Shown: positions 1-10,532 of the stretch, piece after piece
Position numbering within the stretch: position 1 is the first letter of the stretch
How the letters are laid out: every line of letters begins with the position of its first letter
Origin: Hyaloraphidium curvatum SAG 235-1
Taxonomy: Eukaryota > Fungi > Monoblepharomycota
Direction: 5' to 3'
Length of the DNA stretch: 64,000 nt
Assembly (NCBI GenBank): GCA_025558095.1
Contig: JAIVFI010000004.1
Span: 124,001-188,000, forward strand
Notes under the pieces: model-generated
The model's database searches: none
The model's input: the letters and a program-made list of their open reading frames with translations, nothing else
Told to the model about the DNA's origin: nothing
Program-made: the position numbers and the translations under genes

Positions 1-2401
1 GCGGGCGCGCTTGCCGAGGCGCTGAAGGGTAACTCCGTGCTCGAGAAACTGGACCTGCACGGAAACTCCATCGGCGACGACTGCGCCAGCGCGCTCGCAG
101 ACCTTCTGAACCGGAACAAGGGGCCACCGAAAAGACTGCGCTCGGCCCGCCAGCAGTCCTCCGGTGGGTGGCATCCCGGATGCGTCGTGTGAGGCCATTA
201 GCGAGTGCTTGATAACCTCCGCCGCCGCAGAGGACTCGTCAGGCTCGCCCGCCTCGGGGTTCCCGCCGCCCGACGAGCCGCAGTACGCCGTCTACCTCAT
301 CTCGGCGGGCGGCCGCCCCGGCTTCGGCCGCGTGCACCGTTCGCTGCCCGCAGTCACCGCAGACACATGGCCCGCCGTGCACGCGGTGCTCGCTGCCTCG
401 CGCCAGCCGGGCTGGCCGACCGACCTCACCGCCCTCCTGGAGAAGCTGCCGTCGTGCTGCTTCTACAAGTGCGCGCCGCACGTGCTGCTCTTTGCGCCCG
501 CAGGTGGCGAGGGCCAGCTGCGCTTCGTGTCGGTCTTCTGCCACCCTGGCCTGCACGAGGGCGTGCCCGACGGCAACATGAGCAAAGGGCCCGCGGGCAA
601 TTACACCCGCCACCGTAACTGCACGCCCGACAAGTGCGCGTGGGACCGCCGCCCCAACGTACGCACCGATCCGTCCGCCGCGTCCGCGATCGCGCGCTGA
701 TGCACCATCCTTACGCAGGACCCGCAGCTGCTCAGGGTCGTGCCCCCCGCCAGGACCCGGACCAAGAACCCCTCACGCGCGCGGGACCGCCGCGCCCGCC
801 GGCGCGACGACGACGACAGCGACTACGACGGCCGCAACGGCCCGCACCTCCTCGACGTGTACGCCGCCCGCACGGGCAGCTCTTTGTTCCCCAGCCCGAC
901 CAGCCCCGCCAACCCCGTCGGGTACCACGCCTCGGGGGATCTCGCCGCCTCGCCGCACCCTTTCTCGACCTACCCCACCGCGGCACCCAGCCCCCCGAGC
1001 GCAGGCCACGGCCACTTCGGCTACGATCGCAACCTTCAGCACCCGGCCACCGCCCCGTATCCCGCGCGGGATGCCGGGCGACTGAAGAGCTCTGCCCAAG
1101 GCGATGGCGCGGCGGCAGCGGCCACCTACGAGGTCGACCCCCAGTACACCGACTCGGTCGAATCCGCCGTCGGCTCGGCCCCTGCGCCCGCGGTCCCGCC
1201 CCTGCCGCCCCCCGTGCCACCGCAATTCAACGGCTCGCGAACGTGGCGCCCCCGCGGCGAGAACGCGGGGCACGATTCCCGCGTCGACGCGGCGTTCGCG
1301 CTGGGCCCGCTGGGCCGGCCGCCGGAGGGGTGGGGCTTCGTGTACTTTGCCGAGAGGACGACAATGGTGCCGCACATCGTCAGGGAGCACGCGGGGAACG
1401 TGGATGATCCGGAGAGGGTGAGGCTGACCTGCGGGAGGTGCGGGAAGCAGTACCTAGGTGGGTGGGCCGCGGCGTCGCCTGATCCTCTGGAGATCTGACG
1501 AACTTCCTGCCCGTCATTTTCCTGGTTTGGACGTACTTTGGATGCAGGCGAGCTCAAGGGGAGCACTTTCATGAAGGACCACAGCACGCCGGGGACGTGC
1601 TTCAACATGGTCCCGCGGACGCGCAAGCGTAGGCGTCCCGCGGATCCCTCCTCTGCGTCTTTGCCCGCGCCCGGCGGACCGAGGACGCCCACACCGGAGG
1701 CCACCGAATCCCGCCGCATTCGCACCGGCTTTTCGGAGGGCTTCGGGGACGTCGGGCGCGACGCCATGGGGATGGCGAAGTCGGGGAGTGCGCGCGGCAG
1801 GGAGAAGCCCGAGTCTTTGCCCAGTTCGGATTTGGAACACCTGCTGACCCTGCCGGAGCGATCCGAGAGCCGGACGTGGCCCGCGAACCTCGCCGTCGAG
1901 CCGCTCGACCCGGCCGGAAGGGAGGGCCTGCCCGCGTTCCTGAGCCCGCCGCTTCCGCCGGACAACAACATTCACCTGCACCGCCTGCTGGAGCTCTCAC
2001 ACGGCTTCTCCCCCGACGACCGCGAGTTCTGCATGCAATTCTTGCCCAGCTTGAAGTTGATAATCCCCCGCGTCTTGACCATCCTGGGCTGCCGCATCCT
2101 TCCGGCGCCCCGCATCCGCCCGGGTACGGTTCTTCCCCCCACCGCGCTCTTCCCCGGCTTCGACGCCGGCGCCGCGTCCACCTCCAGCGGCCTCTTCGCG
2201 TGGGCACACGGCCCACTAGCCGCCGAGCAGGTCATGTGCGCGGCGGTGCTGCTTTCGGAGCAAGGCAAGGTACTCGCGCGCGGCTCGCTGATGATGGCCG
2301 GCATCGGCTCCGGACAGGGCGCCGCCTGCGCGTTCGAGGGGGAGAACTGGACCAGGGGATCCGAAGCAGCAGCGGTGGCGTTGGTGTTTTGGCGTGATTG
2401 A
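1..2401 (+). CDS. 5'-partial spliced gene: RNI-like leucine-rich repeat followed by two Cys/His motifs and low-complexity regions (exons <1-163, 231-658, 719-1457, 1548-2401)
   Basis: Frame 1 reads AGALAEALKGNSVLEKLDLHGNSIGDDCASALADLL (RNI-type LRR). Three GT-AG introns (164-230, 659-718, 1458-1547) join ORFs 164, 740 and 1538 in phase. Confidence 0.65.
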
Positions 2402-2447
2402 CGCATTCACTACAGCCCATTTCTCCTCGCACGGCCCGCACCCTGCG

Positions 2448-3920
2448 TCAGTTCCACCCGGACCCGCTCCAGTCCGACCCCGTGCTCCCCCACAGCACGG
2501 CATCCACGAGCCCCGACGGCCCCCTCGGCAGCTGCTCGCCCCATCCTTCCCCTTGCGCGATCCTCGCGCACCCGTCCTCCTCCCCCGGAACGGGCGCACC
2601 CATCACCCCTGCCTTTGCCATCTCCTCCCCGAACCTCCTCGCCGCTGCCAGCGGCGACCCCCTGTACCCCTCCCCCAACCACCCCAGCACCGCCGCCACC
2701 GTGCGCGCGGCTTCCTCCATCTCCCCGTCCCCCCCGTCCCCGCCGCGCAGGGCGGCCAGCAGCGCCGTCCCCGCACCGTACGCCGGCGCGACCAGCATCG
2801 CGGTCCCCCCCTCCAGCCGCGGGTCCTCGTGCAGGAGCGCCCTCGCGCCGCGCGCAAACAGCACCGCCTTTGCCAGCGCCGACCTGGCGTACCCCGCGAG
2901 CGCCAAAGCCTCGGCGGCGACGCCGCAGCCCAAAAGGCGGAACTGCAGCAGCGCGCAGCCGGTCTTGGGCCCGGGGTCGCGGTGCGGGTGCGGCATGCTC
3001 CCCTGCGCGAGGTCGGCGGGGTCGGCGGCGTCGAAGGGGGTCGCGGAGGCGCGGAGGGAGAGCGCGAGCAGGGCGTGGCGGGCGCCCGTGGCGGGCTCCG
3101 TGCCGGGCTGGAGGGCGTGGCGGAGGGTGATTTGGGCCAGGGCGTGGCGGAGGTGCGAGGCGTAGTGCAGGAGGCAGAGGGCGCTGCCGTTGCCGGCGGC
3201 GTGCGCGGCGAGGGATTCGGCGGCGGGGCCGATGTCGGCCGTATGCACGAGGGAGGGGAGCCCCGAGGCGTCCCAATTACGGCAGAGGGCGGAAAAGGCG
3301 GCGGCGGGCTCGGCGTCGAAGAAGCGCTCCGAGGCCGGGACGGGGAAGCCGTCCTCGCTGAAGTAGTCCACCTGCATCGCCCGGCCGCCGTCCAGCGAGA
3401 GCCCGTGGGCGCACAGCACGATGCGGAGCCTGCACACGAGCTCCATGTTGATCCACTCGGTCTGCGTGCGGGGGCGGCCCTTCGGCAGGGCGCGGTACAA
3501 CCGGTCGGCCAGCAGCGAGCCCGTGCTCACGAGCCCCGCCCGCCGCTCGGGGGCGTCGGCAGCACCGGCGGCCTCGAGGAGTACCGCGTGCACCTGCGCG
3601 GCCTCGATGTCCTCGCGGCCGTCGGCCAGCGCGGCCGCCCGCGCGGCGCACCAGGCGGCGAACCTCCCGCGCGCCGGGTCCTCCAGCCCGAGCCACCGCG
3701 CGCCGACGGCGGCCATCGCGTGCACCAGCGCCACCGGCGGCCCGGCGTACACGTCCCCCGGCAAATGCACCGCGTGCTCGAGGGAATGCCGGTGCAGCAG
3801 CGGCACGACGGGGTGCTGGAACTCCCAGTAGCGCGCCACCGCCGCCCGCAGCATTCGCGGCCGGGGGTCCGCCGGGCCCGCCGGGCGCCCCGGCGGCGCC
3901 TCGGGAGCGCCGCTTCTCAT
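2448..3920 (-). CDS. Fungal transcription factor middle-homology-region (Fungal_trans-like) protein, no Zn2Cys6 cluster seen
   Basis: 490 aa ORF with YWEFQHPVVPLLHRHSL...ALVHAMAAVGAR, typical of the start of the fungal TF MHR domain. Confidence 0.6.
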   Translation of the reverse strand: MRSGAPEAPPGRPAGPADPRPRMLRAAVARYWEFQHPVVPLLHRHSLEHAVHLPGDVYAGPPVALVHAMAAVGARWLGLEDPARGRFAAWCAARAAALADGREDIEAAQVHAVLLEAAGAADAPERRAGLVSTGSLLADRLYRALPKGRPRTQTEWINMELVCRLRIVLCAHGLSLDGGRAMQVDYFSEDGFPVPASERFFDAEPAAAFSALCRNWDASGLPSLVHTADIGPAAESLAAHAAGNGSALCLLHYASHLRHALAQITLRHALQPGTEPATGARHALLALSLRASATPFDAADPADLAQGSMPHPHRDPGPKTGCALLQFRLLGCGVAAEALALAGYARSALAKAVLFARGARALLHEDPRLEGGTAMLVAPAYGAGTALLAALRGGDGGDGEMEEAARTVAAVLGWLGEGYRGSPLAAARRFGEEMAKAGVMGAPVPGEEDGCARIAQGEGWGEQLPRGPSGLVDAVLWGSTGSDWSGSGWN

Positions 3921-4937
3921 TGTCCGGGGGGCGCGCAGGCGGCGCGGCGCATCCCAAGGCGGCGAGTGGCGGCGTCCCTAGGGCCGATCGGCGCGGCCCA
4001 GGCCTCCGGCCGCCCCGTCCCGCCCGCCCCAGGGGTCCGACCCGGGAAACCGTCTCCCACGCACCACAACGCACTGAAATGGCCTGAATTGCGGCGCGGC
4101 TGGTTTGTTGCTTGCGTCGCATCAGGGCCCCGTGCGGGGAACGCGGCCGGTGGGTCGGAAAGGTAAACAACGGGGCCGGCGTCCCAGTCAAAGGCCGAGT
4201 CGGCAACACCGAAGGAAGGTCGGCCGCACGCGGCACCCGCCACCTCCGTGCAATATCGGTGAGGGTGTTGGTCCCAATGCGAAGCAAACACGGCAGATCA
4301 CCTTTCGGGCTCTCCGCGTTGCCGTCGCTACAATCGCACAGGGTCGGCGCAAGGGAGAGAGACTCTCACAGGAGCTAGTCTGAAGATGCAATTCAATTCC
4401 AGATCAGGCCATCCACGTCGGCGAGGAAGATGACGGCGACAAGTGGCTGGCATCCCAGGCGATGCTGGTTGGACCTCCGGCCTGCACGCGGCCCAGCTGC
4501 GAACAGTCTTTCAGCTCCTGTTCCGTTTGGCTCCCTTTTCCCAGTCCGGTGCGGGATTCATCCGCGGAGGAGGCCGTACGGGGCGTGGAGGCGTGGGAAG
4601 CTGCTCTGGACCGCCGCCGCCGACAGCACCGGCAAACAACACCGGCAAGTTTCCTAGCCTGCGTCGGCGGACAAAACCGTCCGAATTACCTCCTGTGTGG
4701 AACTCTTTTTCATCCGCGATCCGGAAGGCACGACGCGAGGAAACGATCCTGATCTGCACGGCGCGGGACGGTCGGGACGGGGCAGTGGTGATGCCGTCCC
4801 AGGTTTCTTACATCGATCGCCGGCTCGATTATCGGGAAAAGGATCCGGCCGGCGCTCTCGGTTTCGGAACGTTCGAAAATTGGTTCAGACCGGGCCCTGA
4901 ACCCCACAACCACGATCCCCGACACGCGCGGTCCAAC

Positions 4938-6510
4938 ATGCTCTCCGCCGTGCTCCGCGCCGCCGCCTTCACCGCCTTTGTCCTGTGCCACGCGTCCGGC
5001 CCAGCCGCGGCCGCGATGCCGTCCCGCGCCGAGGTCGACGCGTTCGCGGCGGCGCTGTGCCCCGCCGCGGCGGTGCTCGCGCCCTGGAGCCGCTGCGGTG
5101 CGCTCGCTCAACTTCTTCGCGGCGCCGGCGCTCGTCGCGTACGCGGCCGATGCGGGCGACGTGCGGCGCGCGCGCTGCGGTTCGCGCAACCACGCGCTGC
5201 CGCTGGCCGTGCGATCGTCGGGGCACTCGTACTCGGGCGCGTCGACGAGGAAGGGCGCGCTGATCGTCGACGTGTCGCGCATCGCGCACGCCGAAGCGGC
5301 GCAAAGCGGCGGCGGGCCGGCGCTGCGATGCGGCGCGGGCGCCTCCACCGGCGCCGTGCTCGAGGCCGCCGACGCCGCGGGCCTGGTCGTTGTCGCGGGC
5401 TCCAGCCTGTCGGTCTCGATGGCCGGCTTCTCCCTCGGCGGGGGTTTCGGCATGATCAGCCGCTCGCTCGGGCTGGGGGCCGACAACGTGCTCGAGATCA
5501 CCGCCGTCCTGGCCAACGGCTCGCTCGTCGTGGCCGACAAGCATCACCACCGCCGTCTGTTTGACGTCATGCGCGCCGCCGGCGGGGGCACCTTTGCCGT
5601 CGCCGTCGAGTTTGTGATCAGGGCGCATCCGCAGCTGCCCGTTTACCGCTCCCTGCTGTACCAGCACACCCCGGACTTTGCCCCCGACTTCATGCGCGCC
5701 GTGCTGCACAACGCCTCCTTCTGGGAGCCCGCCGGGGGTGCCGGCCCCCGGCCCGCCAAGCCGGGCGCCCCGGACTGCCTCTCGTGCACGCACCTCTTCC
5801 TCGGCGGCGAGCAGCCCGGCGGCACCGGCCTCGGTCTGTACGCCGGTGCCTCGCACGCCGCCGCCGACGCCGCCCTCGCCCCGCTCCTGGCTCTCGCCGC
5901 CTCCCACCCGGACGCCTTCAGCCTCGCCGACCACGCCAACCACTCGAACTACCTCCCCTTTGCCCGGTACCTCTCCTCCCTCGACCCCAACGAGCTCCCC
6001 GCGCGCAACTTCCTCACTTCGATCGCCGTCCCCGCCGCGCACCTCGGCGCCGCCCTCACCCGCGACGCCGCGGCCGTCGTCTCCTCCCTCGCCGAATCCG
6101 CCCTCTCCGTCCGCACGCTGGGGTACGAATGCGCGCTCGGCGGCGCCGCCTCGCTTCCCCGTTCCGGCGCCGCGGTGCCCGCCGGCATCCGCGCCGCGGC
6201 GTGCCTGCTCGTCCCCCTCTCCTCGTGGGCATCCCCCGCGCTCGACGCCGCCGAGGAAGCCTGGGTCGCCGCCGCCGCCGCCGCGCTGGGGGCGCACGGC
6301 GGCGCGGCGTACGTGAACGAGTTCAGCTCCGTGGCGGCGGTCGGGGAGCACCCCCGGCGCAGGCTGTACGGGGATCGGTACGGGTAGCTCCTGGAGGTGA
6401 AGAGGGGGGTGGATCCGGATTCGGTGTTTTGGGTGCCCGGGGGGGTGGGGACGCGGTTTGGAAGGGACGGGGAGTCGGAGGCGGGGGGGGTGCGGGTGCA
6501 GGGCGCGTGA
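4938..6510 (+). pseudogene. Secreted FAD-linked oxidoreductase (berberine bridge enzyme-like), disrupted by a frameshift near 5090 and an in-frame TAG at 6385-6387
   Basis: Signal peptide MLSAVLRAAAFTAFVLC is in a different frame from RSSGHSY and GGGFGMISRSLGLGADNVLE. The BBE C-terminal motif LYGDRYG*LLEVKRGVDPDSVF continues past the TAG to TGA 6508-6510. Confidence 0.7.
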
Positions 6511-6901
6511 TGCGGGGAGGGCGGTGGCGGTACTTTTTCGGTGCGCAAAGACCTGTTTGTTGGATGTGTCGAAATGGAATCGGTAGGGCCATCGGGATGC
6601 AGAAAGCCGGCTCGGTGGCAAATAGCAAACGGCCGATCGCTGGGAACGGCACTCACTCAGGCCACTCGCGCCGCCGGTCGGACGGCGCCCTGGGCACCGC
6701 AAACTTGCATGGGCAGCGCCGAAGTGCGTCGAGGCGATCTTTGCGCCTTTCCTAGCGCCGTTGTTGCTGCGCAAAGGTGCACTGGAGTGTTCCGGGATTT
6801 AAGGAACGTTCTGGTGGCTTCAAGTCACGGGCCCAGGCAAGGGGAAGGCCCGACTCTGGTGGCGGTCCCCGTGCGGCCGCCCCCGGACTCATCCCCTTAA
6901 G

Positions 6902-8518
6902 ATGTCGTTCTCGGCGCCGTCGGTGGACGAGCCCGTCGAGATGGAGGCGGCGACGATGTCCTCGCTGGCGTGGCGCGGGGCGGCGCCGGCGAACGGCGTG
7001 GCGGCCGCCGACTTCTCGCCCGCCGAGCACCTCGCGTTGGCGCCCTTCGTCTTCCCGCCTCCCCGCCCGATCGGCCGCACGCTGCCGCGGAGCGATCCCG
7101 CCTCGGCGCTGCGCGACGCCGCGCCGCTGGGGCGCGCCACGGTGCTGCGCGAGGTCGGCCGCGCATCGCCGCTCCTCGCCGGGGTCCTCCGGTACAATTT
7201 CGCGCTGCAGCCGCTGGCCGAGCGCAACCAGGCCGCCGCAGCCGCGGTGATCCTGCCGGCCGTGGGGCTGTGGGTCGCCACGTGGCAGCTCGCGTGGCCG
7301 CAAGCCGGCACGCGCAACCTGGCCGTGGCCGTCGCCGGCTACGCCGTGCTGTGCATCGTTGGCGGCATCTCGGCGATGCTGGCCATCAACAGTTCCGCCA
7401 AGGTGGCCGCCGAGACGCCGCAGGACGGGCTCGTGAGGCACCCCGCGTCGGGCCTGGTCAGGTACCTCCAGATGGTACGCGCCGGGCCACCGGCGGGCGC
7501 GTCCGAGGAACCTGGCGGGACGCAGCGCCTCTGGCTGGCGGCCCACGACCCTGCAGACAAGCTCGCCTGTCCCTGCCCCCTGCCTGGGTGCTCCGGAGGG
7601 CTCCCTATGCGGGCGGCCTACTACCGCATCTTTGAATACTCAATCATGATCTGCTTCCTCCTCACGCAGTTCTTTTTCCAGGTGGCTATGGTCCTGGTTG
7701 GGCTCCACTCGAGGGATCTTATTAATGCTTTACTCCTCGAGCAGCAATTCACCGCGCTGGCCATCTACTCGCACGATTTCTGGCCCAACCCCTGGATGGC
7801 CGTCTGCGGCGTGCTGTACCTCCTCGCCGTCGTCCTCTTTGCCCTCGCCACCCACTCCGGCCTCACCAGCGGCAACGCTCAGACGGTCCGCCTGGACCTG
7901 CGGCTGCAGGCCCGCGCCGTGCGCATCGTCCTGCGGCAGCTCGTCTCGCGGTTCGATCCCGGCGCGCCAAAGTGCGCCGCCGACCCCGCGGACCCCGGGT
8001 TCCTCGCGGCCGTCGACGCGCTCGTGGCGCTCCGTTCGCGGCTCGCAAGCAGCTGGCAAGACAGGCTCTCCCACCTGTCTGTCGGCCGCCCGGAGCTCTT
8101 TGCCCTCTTCGCCTCGTACCTCGCCGCGTCGGTCGTGAACGCCGCCGGGGCGGGCTGCCTCCCCCTGGGCCACATCCTCGGCATGCTGCACGTGACGGTG
8201 ATCTTCGTCGCCGACCTGTTCTTCGTCGCCGCCAGCAACGCCGAGATCGCCGCGCTGTCGGCGCTGTTCCGGCAGGCCTCGATCGAGGTGCGCGAGGCCT
8301 CGTTGCGGTCGGGCGCCGGGACGGCGAGGGAGGTGGAGGGGCTGCTGCTGGCCTACGCGGACGGGAGGCAGTACCAGTCCCGCTTCGTCGGGTACGTCGT
8401 TTCGGCGGACGTGGCGCGGACCGCCGTCGTGACCTTCGTCACCGTCGCCGTGGCGGCGTACACCATACTGAGGGGGACGGGGCTGTACGTGAGCCCGGGG
8501 AACGTGTGCGGGACGTGA
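6902..8518 (+). CDS. 7-TM membrane protein, gustatory-receptor-like/7TMIC-like family, paralog A (probable in-frame intron 7682-7744)
   Basis: About seven hydrophobic segments, AHDPADKLACPCPLPGC motif, C-terminal RFVGYVVSADVARTAVVTFVTVAVAAYTILRG; aligns with paralogs at 14237 and 47710. Confidence 0.75.
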   Translation: MSFSAPSVDEPVEMEAATMSSLAWRGAAPANGVAAADFSPAEHLALAPFVFPPPRPIGRTLPRSDPASALRDAAPLGRATVLREVGRASPLLAGVLRYNFALQPLAERNQAAAAAVILPAVGLWVATWQLAWPQAGTRNLAVAVAGYAVLCIVGGISAMLAINSSAKVAAETPQDGLVRHPASGLVRYLQMVRAGPPAGASEEPGGTQRLWLAAHDPADKLACPCPLPGCSGGLPMRAAYYRIFEYSIMICFLLTQFFFQVAMVLVGLHSRDLINALLLEQQFTALAIYSHDFWPNPWMAVCGVLYLLAVVLFALATHSGLTSGNAQTVRLDLRLQARAVRIVLRQLVSRFDPGAPKCAADPADPGFLAAVDALVALRSRLASSWQDRLSHLSVGRPELFALFASYLAASVVNAAGAGCLPLGHILGMLHVTVIFVADLFFVAASNAEIAALSALFRQASIEVREASLRSGAGTAREVEGLLLAYADGRQYQSRFVGYVVSADVARTAVVTFVTVAVAAYTILRGTGLYVSPGNVCGT

Positions 8519-8843
8519 CCGCCGGCCCTGGGGGATGAGGGCGGCGATCGCAGTGCGCGGATCAGCCCGTTGGTTGCGACGGTATCGTAGCTTTTCTGTA
8601 TTGAATGCGGTTGACTGACTGATCTGGAATTGAATCTCTCTTATGCTCGGCGAATCCGTCCGAGCCTAGAGCTCAAAGAGCTCGCGACAGCTCAATCGCC
8701 TGCTATCCACGTGCCGCGGATCAGAGACTCTGTCTGTGGTGTTGCACCGAGGCCGCGTGCCGCGTGCACCAGGTGGCCGGTCTGTTCGAGGGTTCGCGAC
8801 TCACGAAGCGTGTTGTCGCCGCAGTGCAATAGATTCCAATGCA

Positions 8844-10532
8844 TCAAACGACCACAATCGCACACAATGCAATCACCGAACCCAGGGCTGCCAAAGCCCG
8901 AGGATCCGCAGCTCGTTTGGCCCCCGAGGGCGCCGACCGCGTCGTTGGGAAGGGACCCGGCGGAAGCCACGTGGATGGAGGGGGCACGAGCGAACCCGTC
9001 GGGACAACATCGGCGGTCGTCGTCGAAGGGCGGATGCCGCAGTCTGGGTCCCAGAGGCCGACACCCGCCGCTATCGCGTCGGCGGCGGTCTTGCACCAGC
9101 CGGCCGAGGTCTGGGTGCAGGTGTAGCCGCCCGTGACGACGCCATCGCCGTATTCCGGTGCCGGCTCGCCGGGGGCGAGGTCGTAGCACTCGCTTTCCAT
9201 GACTGGAGGACCACGGGTCAGCGCTGCGCAGTCCGAACGGCGGCAAAACCCACACCACGAGCAGGCGTTTCCCTGGTACGTCTTTGTCGAGGCGTTGTAG
9301 GTTCCCACGGTGCCCAGGCACATGACGTCCTTGCCGACCGACCGCACCTTGACGTAGTTGGCCTTGTCGGGACAGCTCCGCACGCAGATCCATTCCCCGA
9401 AAGCGCCCGGCGACGTGCCGTTGACGGCCGTGTTGTTGCAGGCCGGCCCTGTGAGGTTGCGGATCACCACGTCGGCCGCCGCGCCGCACCATCCCTCCGT
9501 GGTCTGCGCGCACGTGATCCCCCCCGAGTACCTGAAGCCGGGAGATTCAGGCTGCGGTTCGGGCTCGCCCGGCGCGAGCTCGGTGCAGTTGGCGTCCGAA
9601 TCTGAGCGGATCTCGTCAGCTTCCGGCTTCGCCCGAGCAGCACTGACACAATACCCACACCAGGAGCAGGCGGGACCGCCCGAAAACGGACCCATGCACG
9701 CGACCGTCGTGTGCACCCGGCGCACGCTGACGTAGTTGCCCTTGTCCGCGCAGCTCCGCACGCAGGTCCAGTTGCCGAACCACGGGGGGCCCGGGTCGAA
9801 GACGGCGTCAACGGGGGGGCATCCCGTGACTTTTCGGTCGTTCAGGTACCGGTACGCATCGAGGCACCATCCCGTCCAGTTGCCGGCGAGCCCGGTGCAA
9901 GAGACCGCGTCGCCGTCCGTGAGGAGCCCCGGAGGGTTGTTGATGGGTTCCGTGCAGAAAGGGTCGCCGTAGAGGGTGCACTCGCCCCTTCTGGGTCCCC
10001 GGCAGCCGGTGCTGTCCGATACCTCGATCCCCGGTCCCGAGGAATGGGACAGCGTGCTCACGACGAGCCACTTGCACTTTTCCGAGGGGCTCCGGATGCA
10101 GCTGTGCCCGGCGAGGCATCGGTAGCCCTCGGGAAGCTGCCGCGGGGCGAGGTGGGGAGGGTGTGTCCCGGGGTCCGACGGGCTCCGACGGCCGAGAGCT
10201 CGCCGGCCGTATCCGGTGTAGCTGCCGCCGGCGCACCTGCCGATGCACTGCGAAACGCTGCCGCCGCCGTAGTCGCTGCCTGAGAATTGGCGGCAGACGA
10301 CGAATCCGCTGTTGGGATCGACAAGTTCCGTCTGCCCGGACCACCCGTGGTGGGCGACGGTAGCGGGGATGAGGAGGGCGAAAAGAAGGGGAGGGAGGAC
10401 GGCGAGGGAGGTGGCGGGCCAAGTCCGGTGGGTCCTGGGGAGGGCGGTGCTGTCCCTGGAACTCCGTTGGCCCCGGGACGTCGCGGAGCCCTCCGGCCCC
10501 GCAGGAAGGTCGCAGGCGACACGCTGTGTCAT
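8844..10532 (-). CDS. Secreted/GPI-anchored cysteine-rich repeat protein
   Basis: Hydrophobic N-terminal segment LAVLPPLLFALLIPATVA; two close internal repeats (WxCVRSCxDKxNYVxVR...ACSWCGxC...LAPGEP...TCxQTxxGWC); Thr/Pro stalk and hydrophobic C-terminal tail. Confidence 0.7.
   Translation of the reverse strand: MTQRVACDLPAGPEGSATSRGQRSSRDSTALPRTHRTWPATSLAVLPPLLFALLIPATVAHHGWSGQTELVDPNSGFVVCRQFSGSDYGGGSVSQCIGRCAGGSYTGYGRRALGRRSPSDPGTHPPHLAPRQLPEGYRCLAGHSCIRSPSEKCKWLVVSTLSHSSGPGIEVSDSTGCRGPRRGECTLYGDPFCTEPINNPPGLLTDGDAVSCTGLAGNWTGWCLDAYRYLNDRKVTGCPPVDAVFDPGPPWFGNWTCVRSCADKGNYVSVRRVHTTVACMGPFSGGPACSWCGYCVSAARAKPEADEIRSDSDANCTELAPGEPEPQPESPGFRYSGGITCAQTTEGWCGAAADVVIRNLTGPACNNTAVNGTSPGAFGEWICVRSCPDKANYVKVRSVGKDVMCLGTVGTYNASTKTYQGNACSWCGFCRRSDCAALTRGPPVMESECYDLAPGEPAPEYGDGVVTGGYTCTQTSAGWCKTAADAIAAGVGLWDPDCGIRPSTTTADVVPTGSLVPPPSTWLPPGPFPTTRSAPSGAKRAADPRALAALGSVIALCAIVVV

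Noticed and set aside
6385-6387. Stop-codon reassignment or selenocysteine-type recoding
   Set aside because: The codon is TAG, not TGA. Other genes here end normally at TAG (RhoGEF, trypsins, SEC7), and the same gene also has a frameshift.
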